A stretch of DNA of 64,000 nt from Methanobacteriota archaeon (GTDB lineage: Archaea > JAADCQ01 > Methanopyri > Methanopyrales > Methanopyraceae). Within the stretch, counting starts at the first letter, position 1, and every line of letters begins with the position of its first letter. This document shows, piece after piece, positions 29,502 to 42,331 of this stretch. The position numbers were made by a program, and so were the translations under genes. The notes beneath the pieces were generated by a model that was not told where the DNA came from, did no database searches, and worked only from the letters and a program-made list of their open reading frames with translations. The stretch covers positions 160,001 to 224,000 of the forward strand of contig JAMOPO010000015.1 of NCBI GenBank assembly GCA_027064425.1. The letters run 5' to 3'.

Positions 29502-29577
29502 CGCGACCGCCCCGGTTAAATTTGATATAGGGGTTCCTCCCCGCGCCGGCGCTCACGGGGGGAGAGCGCTCCTAGCC

Positions 29578-29772
29578 ATGAGGTGCAAGAAGTGCGGGTC
29601 ATCGCGCGTGGTTGAGTGCGAGGACGGGAAGTACACCGTGGTCCGGTGCAGGGATTGCGGCCACGCGGTGGTCCGGAAGCGTGTCGAGCCCGTGGGAACG
29701 ACGCACGACGTCATCAGCCTCGCCATCGCCGCGACGCTGGCGGTCGGCGCCATCGCCTCGGTCCTCGTGTAG
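29578..29772 (+). CDS. Small Zn-ribbon protein with C-terminal TM helix (64 aa)
   Basis: MRCKKCGS...RCRDCG followed by a hydrophobic tail. Confidence 0.7.
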   Translation: MRCKKCGSSRVVECEDGKYTVVRCRDCGHAVVRKRVEPVGTTHDVISLAIAATLAVGAIASVLV

Positions 29773-29850
29773 GCGGCCCGCGTGAGTGAGCGTTGAGGGG
29801 CGGAGGGAAGAGAGCGGTCATCGGTGGCGCGCAGCGCCTCCTCGCGGGGT

Positions 29851-29938
29851 CGGTGTCCCGGCCCGGTACGTGCGGTGCTCATCCCAGGAGGGGACGCCTC
29901 CGGGGTCACACCGCCCGCAGCGTACCGCTGTGACCGGG
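29851..29938 (-). ncRNA. H/ACA guide sRNA candidate
   Basis: Stem CCCGGTC/GGCCGGG followed by ACA; K-turn GTGTGA...GATGAGCAC. Confidence 0.55.
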
Positions 29939-29991
29939 TCGGGGGACGCGCACGCCCCTCCGGCCGGCCTTTTTCTCCAATTTATTCCTTC

Positions 29992-31191
29992 CTACCCGAT
30001 CAGGTGCCGGACGTGCTTGATCAGCGAGGGTTTCCTCTTGACCACCTTCTTGGCTACCCTCGCCACCCCCTCGCCGCGAACCAGCTTCAGGATGTCCTCC
30101 TGGTCCAGCGCCTCCGCGAGCGCGTTCAGCTCGTCGTTGCTCATGTTGGAGAGCGCGCGGGACGCCTTCCTCGTCAGCTTGAACATCCTGCCGAACTCCT
30201 CCTCCCAGCGCTCCTGGTACTCCTTCAACCGCTCCGCGGACGGGTCCTCCTCGCTCGCAGCCTCCGCCGCCACCTCGCCCGCGATCCGACCGCACACCAG
30301 GGAGGTGTGGAGCCCGCCACCGGTGATGGGGTTCACCTGCCGGGCCGCGTCCCCCACGACGAGGATCCCGTCGTCGTACGTCCTCCCCAGCGGCCCGCAC
30401 ACCGGCACGCCACCCACGTTCAGCTCGACCGGTTTGGCCCCCTCCAGGACGTCCGAGAGGAGCTCGTGCTCTCGGATGGCCCGGTCGAGCAGCTCCAGGG
30501 CGAGTCCCGGCTCGGCCTCGGAGCCACGGATTCCGAGTCCCACGTTCGCCCGCCCGTCGCCCTTCGGGAAGACCCAGAAGTACCCGCCCGGGAAGGTCTC
30601 GTTGTCGACGAAGAAGTGGGTGGCGTCCTCCTCCACGTCCACACCGACCATCTCGTACTGGGCGCAGGTGCAGAGGTCCTCCGGCTCGAGCGGCGGGACG
30701 AGCCCCGCGCTCCGCCCGACCCGCGACTCGATCCCGTCCGCCGCGATCACCACCTCGGCCCGCACCTCGTGCACGCCCTCCTCGTCCTCGAACTCGACGC
30801 CCACGACCCGTCCCTCCTCCAGGAGGGCTCGCCTGGCGTGAGCCAGAAGCCGGAGCTCGGCCCCCTCGTCGACCGCGCGGGCGGCGAGCCACCGGTCGAA
30901 CAGCTTCCGCTCCAGGATGTACCCGTCCCCGGGCACCTCGAACCGCTCGCCGTTGGGCGCGTAGATTAGCGCCCGGGACACCTCGTTCGCGATCCACTCG
31001 TCCTGCGGCTTGATCCCCGCGTGCTTGAGCCCTCGGGCGCTGATGCCTTCGGCGCACTGCTTGGGCACGCCGATCTCGGCCCGGCGCTCCAGGACCAGAA
31101 CGTCACAGCCCTCCCGCGCGGCCGCCCACGCCGCCATCGACCCGGCCGGACCCGCCCCCACCACGACCACGTCGTAACGCTCCTCCGTCAA
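29992..31191 (-). CDS. Digeranylgeranylglycerophospholipid reductase (GGR family)
   Basis: YDVVVVGAGPAG, PKQCAEG, PGGYFWVFPKG, GDAARQVNPITGGG; TTG start. Confidence 0.92.
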   Translation of the reverse strand: MTEERYDVVVVGAGPAGSMAAWAAAREGCDVLVLERRAEIGVPKQCAEGISARGLKHAGIKPQDEWIANEVSRALIYAPNGERFEVPGDGYILERKLFDRWLAARAVDEGAELRLLAHARRALLEEGRVVGVEFEDEEGVHEVRAEVVIAADGIESRVGRSAGLVPPLEPEDLCTCAQYEMVGVDVEEDATHFFVDNETFPGGYFWVFPKGDGRANVGLGIRGSEAEPGLALELLDRAIREHELLSDVLEGAKPVELNVGGVPVCGPLGRTYDDGILVVGDAARQVNPITGGGLHTSLVCGRIAGEVAAEAASEEDPSAERLKEYQERWEEEFGRMFKLTRKASRALSNMSNDELNALAEALDQEDILKLVRGEGVARVAKKVVKRKPSLIKHVRHLIG

Positions 31192-31361
31192 CGCTCCTCC
31201 CCCTCGCGCAGGGCGCCGGTCGGACAGACCCGGGCGCAGAGCCCGCAGTCGTTGCAGTCGGAGGAGAACTCGGGCTTCCCTCCGGAGATCGTAACGGCAT
31301 CGTTCGGGCAGACGGCCGCGCACACGGCGCACCCGAGGCACAGCCTTTGGTCCACGATCAA
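31188..31361 (-). CDS. 2[4Fe-4S] ferredoxin (57 aa; absent from the ORF track)
   Basis: MIVDQRLCLGCAVCAAVCPNDA...DCNDCGLCARVCPTGAL; TTGA-coupled to pus10 and GGR. Confidence 0.9.
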   Translation of the reverse strand: MIVDQRLCLGCAVCAAVCPNDAVTISGGKPEFSSDCNDCGLCARVCPTGALREGEER

Positions 31362-32677
31362 CCTCGATCACCCTCCTCCAGGAACTCGATCACGTCCAAC
31401 CGCTCGCACTCGGCGCGAACGCCGACCAGCTCCGCCAGGCTGGGTCGCGTCCGACCCTCGTCTCCGGATATTAACTCTTTCACGTACAGCCCGGGATCGC
31501 ACAGGAACTCAACCACCGCCTCGTCGCCCTCGTGCCTGATCAGCCGCGCCTCATGCACCCGCTTGACCCTCACCTTGTCCGCCCGACGGTGTAGCACCCG
31601 CCTCGGAGTGCGCTGGTGGATCTCGCGCTCGGTGAGCTCGTTCAGCGCCTTCCGAACGCGGTCCTCCGAGACCTCACGCTCGAAGACCACCCACGCCCGG
31701 TAGCGCTTAAGCGACCGCTCGGAGAGGTCCTTAACGCGCCGCACGTCCTCGGCCTCGCCGAGCTCCAGGTCCCTGACGCGGACCTTGTTGCCGACCTCCT
31801 TCTCGATCCTCTCCTCCAGCCGCCGTAGGTCCGCGGTCCGGCGCTTCGGGTAGAGGAGCTCGATCACGAACGGGCGCCCGTTGCCCAGCATCCTTACGTC
31901 GATGTCCTCGCGACCCGCCGCGTGGAACTTGTGGTACTCCGCCAGGAACGCGTCCTTGAGCACCATCCCGATCAGCTCCTCCACCGACTCCAGGTACACC
32001 TTGCCCGTGTAGTCGCACTCCGAGCAGCCCGCGCCCTTGCACTTCGGGCAGGGCCACTTGGTCTGCGGCAGCCCGCGGCGGAGCTTGAGGTACCGGCCCC
32101 GCACGTACACGGGCTTGACGTTCAGCTCCAGCTTGGGGTCGTCCAGGGAGGGGCGGAAGTCGAAGATCAGCTCGGCGTCGGGGTCCCTCGGGTCCGCCCG
32201 TTCTCCGAGGATGCGCTCGACGCGCTTGCCCACCTCCCGGTTGAACTCCCGCTTGATGGGCTCCCCCTCGGTCTCCAGCACGTCCCAGAGCTCCCGCTCC
32301 CGGTCGAGGACGCGGTCCGGCCACCGGGAGCCGATGATGAACCCGTCGAAGTCCAGCTCCTCGAGCTCCAGCGCGGCCGCCTCCGCGAACTCGTCGCAGC
32401 GCGAGAGGACGCCCTCGCAGATCCCGCAGGGCTCGGGTGAGGGCGGGTCGTCGAGGACGGCGGTCGCCTCCTCGAGACCGGAGCGGGCGAGGAGCTCGAG
32501 CGCGTCGGTGTCGTCCTCGGCCTGCGCGAGCATACCCAGGGTGAGCTTGAGCGCCCGGCCGCGCTCCCGGTTCTCCAGCCCGGTGAGCCGGTACCCGAAG
32601 GCCCTGCCCAGGCAGGCGTCGCACGGGTTGAACCGGTCAAGGGCCTCGAGCAGCCGCTCCCTGAGCCGCTCGTCCAC
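31358..32677 (-). CDS. pus10: tRNA pseudouridine(54/55) synthase Pus10
   Basis: CDACLGR, FHAAGREDIDVRMLG, QRTPRRV, GLYVKELISGD. Confidence 0.95.
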   Translation of the reverse strand: MDERLRERLLEALDRFNPCDACLGRAFGYRLTGLENRERGRALKLTLGMLAQAEDDTDALELLARSGLEEATAVLDDPPSPEPCGICEGVLSRCDEFAEAAALELEELDFDGFIIGSRWPDRVLDRERELWDVLETEGEPIKREFNREVGKRVERILGERADPRDPDAELIFDFRPSLDDPKLELNVKPVYVRGRYLKLRRGLPQTKWPCPKCKGAGCSECDYTGKVYLESVEELIGMVLKDAFLAEYHKFHAAGREDIDVRMLGNGRPFVIELLYPKRRTADLRRLEERIEKEVGNKVRVRDLELGEAEDVRRVKDLSERSLKRYRAWVVFEREVSEDRVRKALNELTEREIHQRTPRRVLHRRADKVRVKRVHEARLIRHEGDEAVVEFLCDPGLYVKELISGDEGRTRPSLAELVGVRAECERLDVIEFLEEGDRG

Positions 32678-32733
32678 GGCGATTCCCCCGCGATCGGGGC
32701 GGTTTCACCGTGCCGAGCGTGCCTGAGCGGTAA

Positions 32734-35416
<2,683 letters not shown>

Positions 35417-35420
<4 letters not shown>

Positions 35421-36790
35421 GCCTCACCCCCTCCGTCGGGGGGCACCGGGGTCGGGTACTCGCCGGTGAGGCAACCCACGCAGAGCTGGTTGCGCTTCAG
35501 GCCGATGGCGTCGACGAGGCCTTCGAGGGACAGGTACGCGAGCGAGTCCGCGGCGATCTCGTCCCGGATCTCCGGGATGTCCTTGTCCGCGGCTATCAGC
35601 TCTTCCTTGGTCGCCATGTCGATGCCGTAATAACACGGTGAGACGATCGGCGGCGAGGCGATCCGCACGTGGATGCTCTCCGCTCCGGCGTCCCTTAGCA
35701 TCTCGACGATCTGTCGGGACGTGTTCCCGCGGACGATGCTGTCGTCGATGACGGCGACGGACTTACCCTCGACGAGCTCGCGGATGGGGTTCAGCTTGAT
35801 CCGAATGCTGCGGACGCGCTCCTCCTGCTCGGGCATGATGAACGTCCGGCCGACGTACCGGTTCTTGATCAGCCCCTCCTCCATCGGCACGCCCAGCTTC
35901 TCGGCGTACCCCAGGGCGGCCGTGCGGCCGGAGTCCGGGACGGGGACCACGACGTCGCACTCGACCGGGGCCTCCTCGGCCAGTCGGTACCCCATCCGCT
36001 TCCGGCAAGCGTACACGCACCGACCCTCGATGATCGAGTCCGGCCGGGCGAAGTAGACGTACTCGAACATGCACACGGCGGGGCGCTCGCGTCGAACGAC
36101 CTTGGATTCGACCTCGCCGTCGCGGATCCAGACCACCTCGCCTCGGTCCAGCTCCCGCCACTCCTCCACGCCGAGCACGTCCAGCCCCACGGTCTCGGAG
36201 GACACGAAGTAACCCCGCTCGTCCCAGCCCAGGCACAGCGGCCGGAAGCCCCACGGGTCCCTCACCGCGATCAGGTCGCCGGAGCTGGTCACGATGGTCA
36301 GCGAGTAGGCCCCGACGAGCTCCTCCATCACGCGCTCGAAGGCCTCGAACACGTCGTCCGTCTCCGTAAGCTCCATGGCCAGGAGCCGGGCGATCACCTC
36401 GGAGTCCGTTTCGGAAACGAAGGCGTGACCTTCGGAAACCAGCCGCCTCCGCAGCTCCTCGGAGTTCACGATGTCGCCGTTGTGCGCCAGGGCCAGCTCC
36501 CCACCCGAGTAACCGACCTTGAAGGGCTGCGCGTTGATCAGCTCCGAGGCGCCGGTCGTGGAGTACCGGACGTGACCGATCCCCACCGGCCCGGAGAGCT
36601 TGCGGAGGTCCCTCCGGTCGAAGACCTCGGTGACTAGGCCCATCCCCTTCTTCCCGGTAAGCCGCAGCCCGTCGTACACGCAGATGCCGGCCGACTCCTG
36701 CCCGCGGTGCTGGTTGGCGTGCAGAATAAGGTAGTTGTAAGTGCCCGCACTGTCCCCATCCAGCAGGTAGCACCCCGAGACCCCGCACAT
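35417..36790 (-). CDS. purF: Amidophosphoribosyltransferase
   Basis: MCGV start, QHRGQESAG, GHVRYST, VIDDSIVRG. Confidence 0.96.
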
Positions 36791-36818
36791 GGGGATCATC
36801 CCCCGGAGGGAGGGCGCG

Positions 36819-37253
36819 TTGATCGAGCTCGTTGCGCTCGTCTTCATATCCTGCCCGGGCCCGGAGGATCTCGCCCTGCAGAACCATGCGCTGGAGGTCA
36901 AGAAGTCGTCCGAGCTCGAGCGTAGGTCATGGAGCGAGGTCAAGGTGACGAGCGAGCGGCGCGAGGAGGTCCCGCGCCCCTCACCCGGTGGGCGCCTGCG
37001 GCGATCCGAGGTTGCCGGGGAGAAGCAGGTGAGGGAGAGGGTGAAGCGGGAGGCTCCGACCGGCCGCGCGAGCGGGGTCGCGGGCGGGGGCAAGGGCGTG
37101 GCGGTGGGAAGGAAGAAGTCCAGACCGCGCCACCGGGGCGTCGGCTCCTGCCCGGGCCCCGAGCGGCCGGACCTCCTGGGGGCCCTGGTCACGTTCTCGC
37201 TCTCGGCGCTGGGCGGGCTGGGCATGTGGCTCAGCTCTCGGTCTCTCCGATGA
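36819..37253 (+). CDS. Hypothetical protein with low-complexity basic linker and C-terminal TM
   Basis: GGAGGGAGG RBS before TTG, typical codon usage, fills the gap between purF and polC. Confidence 0.45.
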   Translation: MIELVALVFISCPGPEDLALQNHALEVKKSSELERRSWSEVKVTSERREEVPRPSPGGRLRRSEVAGEKQVRERVKREAPTGRASGVAGGGKGVAVGRKKSRPRHRGVGSCPGPERPDLLGALVTFSLSALGGLGMWLSSRSLR

Positions 37254-40200
37254 ATCTCTTGAGGGAAACCTGCTCGGTGGATCCGAACAGCGTCCTCGCC
37301 TCCTCCTCCAGCAGTTCGACCTCCGAGGCGATGCTTCTCCACTCCTCGTCGGACTCACCGAACTCCTCCACGAGCCGCTTGGCGGGTTCCAGGTACTTCG
37401 TGGCGGTCGCCGGGTAGATGGTCAGGAGGACGTCACCGCCGCAGCGCGGGCACTTACCGCTGAGTGGTGGTACCTGGAACTTCGCGTTGCACTTGGAGCA
37501 TCGGAACTGCTGCCGGCCGAACTTGCGCAGGTTGCCCTTTATATCCGGTAGGAAGTGCGAGTCCAGGACGATCTTGGCGACGTCGGAGGCCTCGACGGCT
37601 CGGATCTTGCGGGCCAGCTCGAGCTGCTCCTCGAGCTTCTGCTCCATCTTCTCGAGCCGGGAGTATCGGGTCACGGTCGGGCCGAGGTCGATGGCCTCCG
37701 TGTCGTGGGTGAACTCGAGTCCGCGCGGGCAGTCCAGGTGGTTTTCCAGCCGGTCGACGAGGTCCTCCACCTCGCCCGGGTCGGCGAACTCCAGGGCCTT
37801 CCGGTACAGCTTCAGTGGGTAGTGGCTGCAGACGTCCATGTTCCAGACCTCGTCGTCTGTCTCGTGTGGGTTGACCACGACGGTGAGCACGAGCGGCGCG
37901 TCCATCAGACCGCCGCGCTTGTCCGGCAGGTAGATGCGGCTGAAGTTCAGCAGGACGTCCAGCAGGATCATGAACGCGTCCTCGTCGCCGTCGCAGTTCC
38001 GGCGCCGGGCGGCGTTGATGACCGGGTGGTTGTACCAGCAGTTGATGTCGGCGATGCCGACGATGCGGCCGACGACGCCGCAGGACGTGTGCGGCGCGAG
38101 CGTCACGATCAGGTGACCGATGAGGTCCTCCGGCCGCTCGACGCCGTACACGGGCTCGAGACCGTAGTACTTCTCCAGCAGCTCGTCGATGAACTGGCAG
38201 ACCTTTACGGCCCACTCGGCGGCCTTCCGCGGGAGGACCACGTCCTGCGGGTACAGCTCGACGACCTGATCCTCCGAGACCACGGGGTCGCCGTTCACGT
38301 CCCGCTCGAAGCCGAGGAGCCGGGCCTTGAGCGGCGTAAGCCCGATCTCCTTCAACCGCACGTGCGTGAGCGGGCAGTCGTTGCAGTCGAACCGCAGCGT
38401 GCCGTCCTTGAACACGTGCAGGTCACGCTTGGCCCGCAGCAGCCCCTTCTGCAGCGGCTCCGGCATCTTCAGCCGGCTCGTCATCCCCTTGACGCCCTTC
38501 AGGATGTCCGCCGTGCCACCCACGTCCTCCTCGGCCGCCCGCAGCAGCTTCTTGACGGGCAGCCGGGAGTAGGGGTCGTCGCCCTCCCCCACCTTCGCCC
38601 GCACGACCGGGTCGCACTCGTCGCAGTCGCACTCGTCCTCCGGCGCGTCACACCGGTTGCAGAACTGCTTCGTCTCCGAGCCGCACAGCGGGCAGACGCG
38701 GTACGGAACCAGCAGGTCGCACTCCGGGCAGATCCGGTAGCACACCTCGACCTCGTCCGACTCCTCCGAGTCCCCGCGGTAGAACTTCATGATATCTCGC
38801 TGGTTCCCACCCGCGATGCCGATCGGGAACAGCACGTGCGGCGGCGGGCTCATCTTCCGCTCGCGCGCCTTCTCCGGGCGTCCCATCCGGGCACCGATGC
38901 GCGTCGGCGCCTTCTCTCGGACCGGGAACCCGGCCAGCTTGGACACGTACCGGCACGTCTCGTCCCGGATGATCAGGTAGTCCAGCAGGTCGTCAAGGTC
39001 CTCGTCCGGCTCCCGGAACTCGCCCTCCTCGACCTCGTAACCCAGCTGCGCGGCCAGCGCTGACGCCCAGGGCTCCTCGATGACAACCTCCCCATCCTCC
39101 ACGCGGTGCGGTACGAGCAGATCCTCGAGGATCCCCTTCACGTCCTCCGGCGCCCGGATCTCCAGCTCGCCCCACTCCGAACCCCGGACCTCGATCGCCT
39201 CCCTCAGCTCGTCCACGTCCTCGGGCTCCACGTCGTGCCACAGGAACGTGTACTCCGGGTGGAACGGAACCCGGAACTCGCGGGAGAGCCGGATCGCGTC
39301 CTCGACTGAGACGTCCTTCGGGTCGGAGATGAGCGGCTGCACCTTCTTGCGCACGAGGCTGACTACGGACCGGGCGACCCGGGCGGGTCCGTTGATGTAC
39401 CCGTCCAAGCCCTTGCCCGAGCCCGACAGCCTGCTGGCCTCCTTGGGCAGCTCGCTCAGCGGCACATCCTTCAGCTTCTCGAACAGTCGCTTCGGCAGGT
39501 TCTCCTTCAGGACGTTGTACTTGACGACGTCCGGGACCTCCTCCACCCACCACTCCGGGCAGTAGGCGGGCGGCACGAGCGGGTGGTTGTTCTCGATGAA
39601 CTCGCCGACCGCGACGAGCATCTCGCCGAGGTCCAGGATCTCGTCGATCTCGTCCTTCTCGGCCAGCTCCTTAGCCTCCCGCGGGTCGTCGAGCCGCACG
39701 ACCGACCCGTCCTTCAGCCGCACGACCGGCGGCTCGATGTCGGTGACCGGAAGCACGCATGCGGCCTTACCGGGCCGCTCGATCTTCAGCTGGGTGCCGA
39801 TCACGATGAAGCCCTTGGTCACGTACATCAGCGACGGGTGGACGCCGACCGCGGCGAAGCCGGTGTTCCGCGCCCGACCCAGCCGAAGCCGGAAGCCACC
39901 CTTCGCGGACGGGTGCGAGAGCAGCGGGCGCCCGGCGACGAGATCACTCATGTACTTGTCATCGGGCTTGACGGCGGCCTCGTTTTCCTCCTCACCCTCT
40001 TCTTCGCCGTCCTCCTCTTCCTCCTTCTCGACGAGCTTCTCCAGGAACTCCCAGCCGTCCATCTCGTACTTCTCCACGCGCTTGAGCAGCTTGGGGGCCT
40101 TCTGGCAGATGCCCTCGCAGATGACCAGGAGCGCGCCACCGCGGAGCCGGTTGGGCAGGTGCGGGATGTCGCGGTGACCCTGGACCTCGACCTCTTCCGT

Positions 40201-40968
40201 CGGCTCACCATCGATCTCGATCGGGACGTGCCTCGCGACGATCTCGACCTCCTCCTCGGAGGGGTTATACTGGAAAGAACCTACCTTGTCCAGGTACGTC
40301 AGGACCTCCTCCACGTACCGGCCCACGAGGTCGTGCTCGAAGTCCTCCGGGTTGAACTCGGACAGGCCCGCCACCCGGCGAGCGTAGTCCGCAATCAGCG
40401 CGGACAGGGCCGCGGCGGTACCACCCGCCGCCCGGATCGGGCCCGCGTACTTAACCGCCAGGTAGCAGTCCTCCGGGTCGAGCTCCTTCCCACACTCCTC
40501 GCAGACCAGCTTGGGCTCGTCGTGCGGGGGCTCGGACTCATCCACCACCCGGTGCCCGGTTCCCCTCTCTCGGATCTCCACCGCAGCAATGCCCTCGAGC
40601 GGCGCCGACACGACGGCCTCGGTCATGATGGCGAGGCCGACTCGAACCGCGTAGTCCAGCCGCTTATGCAGGGGTAGGTCGCCCTTGACCTTGAGCTCTC
40701 CCTCCACGATCTCTCGAACGATCCTGAACGTGGCCTCCTCGCGGTCTCCCAGCTTCTCCTCGAGCTCCTTCAACCGATCGGCCACGTTCTCCACCTGCAG
40801 CAGACCCTCTACCCGCTCGCCGATTGAGGTGGCGAGCATCACCTCCGGCTCCGGCTTGGGGTCCTCACGCCTGCTTCGAGCCTCCTTGGCCACCTCGTAG
40901 AGCCCGGAGGCGACCTCCTCCAGGGTCTCCCAGTACCGCTCCAGCTCGCGCTCCGCGCGGGTGGTCAC
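37231..40968 (-). CDS. polC: DNA polymerase D large subunit DP2 (no intein)
   Basis: AGPIRAAGGT, GARMGRPEK, RRRNCDGDED, FRCSKC..CPRCGG. Confidence 0.97.
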   Translation of the reverse strand: MTTRAERELERYWETLEEVASGLYEVAKEARSRREDPKPEPEVMLATSIGERVEGLLQVENVADRLKELEEKLGDREEATFRIVREIVEGELKVKGDLPLHKRLDYAVRVGLAIMTEAVVSAPLEGIAAVEIRERGTGHRVVDESEPPHDEPKLVCEECGKELDPEDCYLAVKYAGPIRAAGGTAAALSALIADYARRVAGLSEFNPEDFEHDLVGRYVEEVLTYLDKVGSFQYNPSEEEVEIVARHVPIEIDGEPTEEVEVQGHRDIPHLPNRLRGGALLVICEGICQKAPKLLKRVEKYEMDGWEFLEKLVEKEEEEDGEEEGEEENEAAVKPDDKYMSDLVAGRPLLSHPSAKGGFRLRLGRARNTGFAAVGVHPSLMYVTKGFIVIGTQLKIERPGKAACVLPVTDIEPPVVRLKDGSVVRLDDPREAKELAEKDEIDEILDLGEMLVAVGEFIENNHPLVPPAYCPEWWVEEVPDVVKYNVLKENLPKRLFEKLKDVPLSELPKEASRLSGSGKGLDGYINGPARVARSVVSLVRKKVQPLISDPKDVSVEDAIRLSREFRVPFHPEYTFLWHDVEPEDVDELREAIEVRGSEWGELEIRAPEDVKGILEDLLVPHRVEDGEVVIEEPWASALAAQLGYEVEEGEFREPDEDLDDLLDYLIIRDETCRYVSKLAGFPVREKAPTRIGARMGRPEKARERKMSPPPHVLFPIGIAGGNQRDIMKFYRGDSEESDEVEVCYRICPECDLLVPYRVCPLCGSETKQFCNRCDAPEDECDCDECDPVVRAKVGEGDDPYSRLPVKKLLRAAEEDVGGTADILKGVKGMTSRLKMPEPLQKGLLRAKRDLHVFKDGTLRFDCNDCPLTHVRLKEIGLTPLKARLLGFERDVNGDPVVSEDQVVELYPQDVVLPRKAAEWAVKVCQFIDELLEKYYGLEPVYGVERPEDLIGHLIVTLAPHTSCGVVGRIVGIADINCWYNHPVINAARRRNCDGDEDAFMILLDVLLNFSRIYLPDKRGGLMDAPLVLTVVVNPHETDDEVWNMDVCSHYPLKLYRKALEFADPGEVEDLVDRLENHLDCPRGLEFTHDTEAIDLGPTVTRYSRLEKMEQKLEEQLELARKIRAVEASDVAKIVLDSHFLPDIKGNLRKFGRQQFRCSKCNAKFQVPPLSGKCPRCGGDVLLTIYPATATKYLEPAKRLVEEFGESDEEWRSIASEVELLEEEARTLFGSTEQVSLKRFIGETES

Positions 40969-40981
40969 GGGGACGGGACCC

Positions 40982-41368
40982 CTAGCGGTTCTCCTCTCGC
41001 CACTCACGATCGCGCGACTCGACCTTCAGGGGGACGCCACCCACGTCGATGACCTCCTCGGTTCGGTCCCCACCCTTCCGCCGCTCCTCCTTCTCCTCTT
41101 CAACTGGGAGCTCCTCGATCCGGTCCTTCAGGCTGCCCGACGACGAGCCGGTCGAGCCGGTCCCACCGGGGACCTGCAGCGTGTAAGTCTCGACTCGCAC
41201 GTAACCGCCCGGGAACCGGTACTCGCGGACCTCCCGCTGACCCTTCTCCTCCAGCTTCTTCATCTCCTCTCGAACCTTCTTCTCCATCTCTTTCTCGAGC
41301 TCCTTGAGCGACTCGTCAACCATCTTGAAGAGCATCCGGAACAGGTGGTCGAACAAGCGCCTCCTCAC
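40982..41368 (-). CDS. Hypothetical protein
   Basis: Lys/Glu-rich ORF with typical codon usage, co-oriented with its neighbours. Confidence 0.6.
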   Translation of the reverse strand: MRRRLFDHLFRMLFKMVDESLKELEKEMEKKVREEMKKLEEKGQREVREYRFPGGYVRVETYTLQVPGGTGSTGSSSGSLKDRIEELPVEEEKEERRKGGDRTEEVIDVGGVPLKVESRDREWREENR

Positions 41369-41371
41369 CCC

Positions 41372-42331
41372 CTACGTCGGGCACGCCGGGTTCCCACAGT
41401 CGGTGCAGAAGCGGCCCTTCCAGCACTCGTTCGGGCAGGGCACGCCGGCGGCGCTCGCGCACGCGCAGCACGCCGCGGCGAAGGGGGTCAGGCCCACCTC
41501 GCGGGCCAAGCTCAGGATCCGGTCCTTGAGGTCGCCCGTCCGGATGTACCGCTGCCTCCTTCCGTCCGGGATCTCGTCAGCCCTCTTAACAATTTCCGAG
41601 ACGTCGAACCCGGCCCGCCTCAGCCGCTCCACGATGGATCGATTGATCCGGAACCCTCCCACCACGACCCCGCGAGCGCCCGCGTCCTTGGCCTCCCGGA
41701 GCAGGTCCTCGATCTCCTCGGTGCTCACCAGTCCAGGTAGGATAGGCCTCAGGAACAGGTCGACCGTGACCCCCGCCTCCGCCAGCCGCTCAATGCTCTC
41801 CAACCGCTCCCTCGGGGTCGGAGCCTGGGGCTCCAGTCGCCGGGCCTTGTCCTCGTCGGGTGTGAGCACCGTGACCAGACCGTTGACCGGCAGGCTCAGC
41901 GAGGAAAGGTCGTTCGCCACGTCCTCCTCGACGCGCGACTTCGTCGAGAACTGGGTCGGGTTGCCGAGCCACCGGTCGAACGCCCGGAGGTACTCCAGCG
42001 TCTTCTCCTTGAGCTCGGGCAGGAACGGGTCCGTGACGCTGCCCACGGCGATGAAGGTGCCCTCCGGTCCGGGCTCGAACCGGCGGTTGTAGAGCAGGGC
42101 CAGCGCCATCTCCTCGCCGGACAACGGGTACGGGCGCGCCCGCTCGAACTTGAATCCCATCTCCGGGATGTAGCAGTAGACGCACCCGCGCGGGCAGCCA
42201 TGCCCCGGGTGCACGGTGATCCCGCAGGGCCTCGGTCGGCGCCGAGCGTGAGAGTCCCGCCGGGCTCTCCTGGCACCTTCCCGACCCACGCGGCGCTCCA
42301 GCTCCCGGATCAGCCCGCCCCTATCCACCAC
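41372..42331 (-). CDS. Radical SAM protein with Cys-rich C-terminus
   Basis: GCPRGCVYCY motif; C-terminal CCAC..CPNEC..CTDCGNPAC. Confidence 0.85.
   Translation of the reverse strand: MVDRGGLIRELERRVGREGARRARRDSHARRRPRPCGITVHPGHGCPRGCVYCYIPEMGFKFERARPYPLSGEEMALALLYNRRFEPGPEGTFIAVGSVTDPFLPELKEKTLEYLRAFDRWLGNPTQFSTKSRVEEDVANDLSSLSLPVNGLVTVLTPDEDKARRLEPQAPTPRERLESIERLAEAGVTVDLFLRPILPGLVSTEEIEDLLREAKDAGARGVVVGGFRINRSIVERLRRAGFDVSEIVKRADEIPDGRRQRYIRTGDLKDRILSLAREVGLTPFAAACCACASAAGVPCPNECWKGRFCTDCGNPACPT

Noticed and set aside
31192-31371. N-terminal extension of GGR
   Set aside because: The region encodes a ferredoxin in another frame.
36791-37342. 183-aa N-terminal extension of PurF in the ORF track
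   Set aside because: PurF needs Cys at the mature N-terminus (MCG at 36790); the extension is non-protein-like.
37975-38010. Intein at the usual DP2 insertion site
   Set aside because: RRRNCDGDED is uninterrupted.
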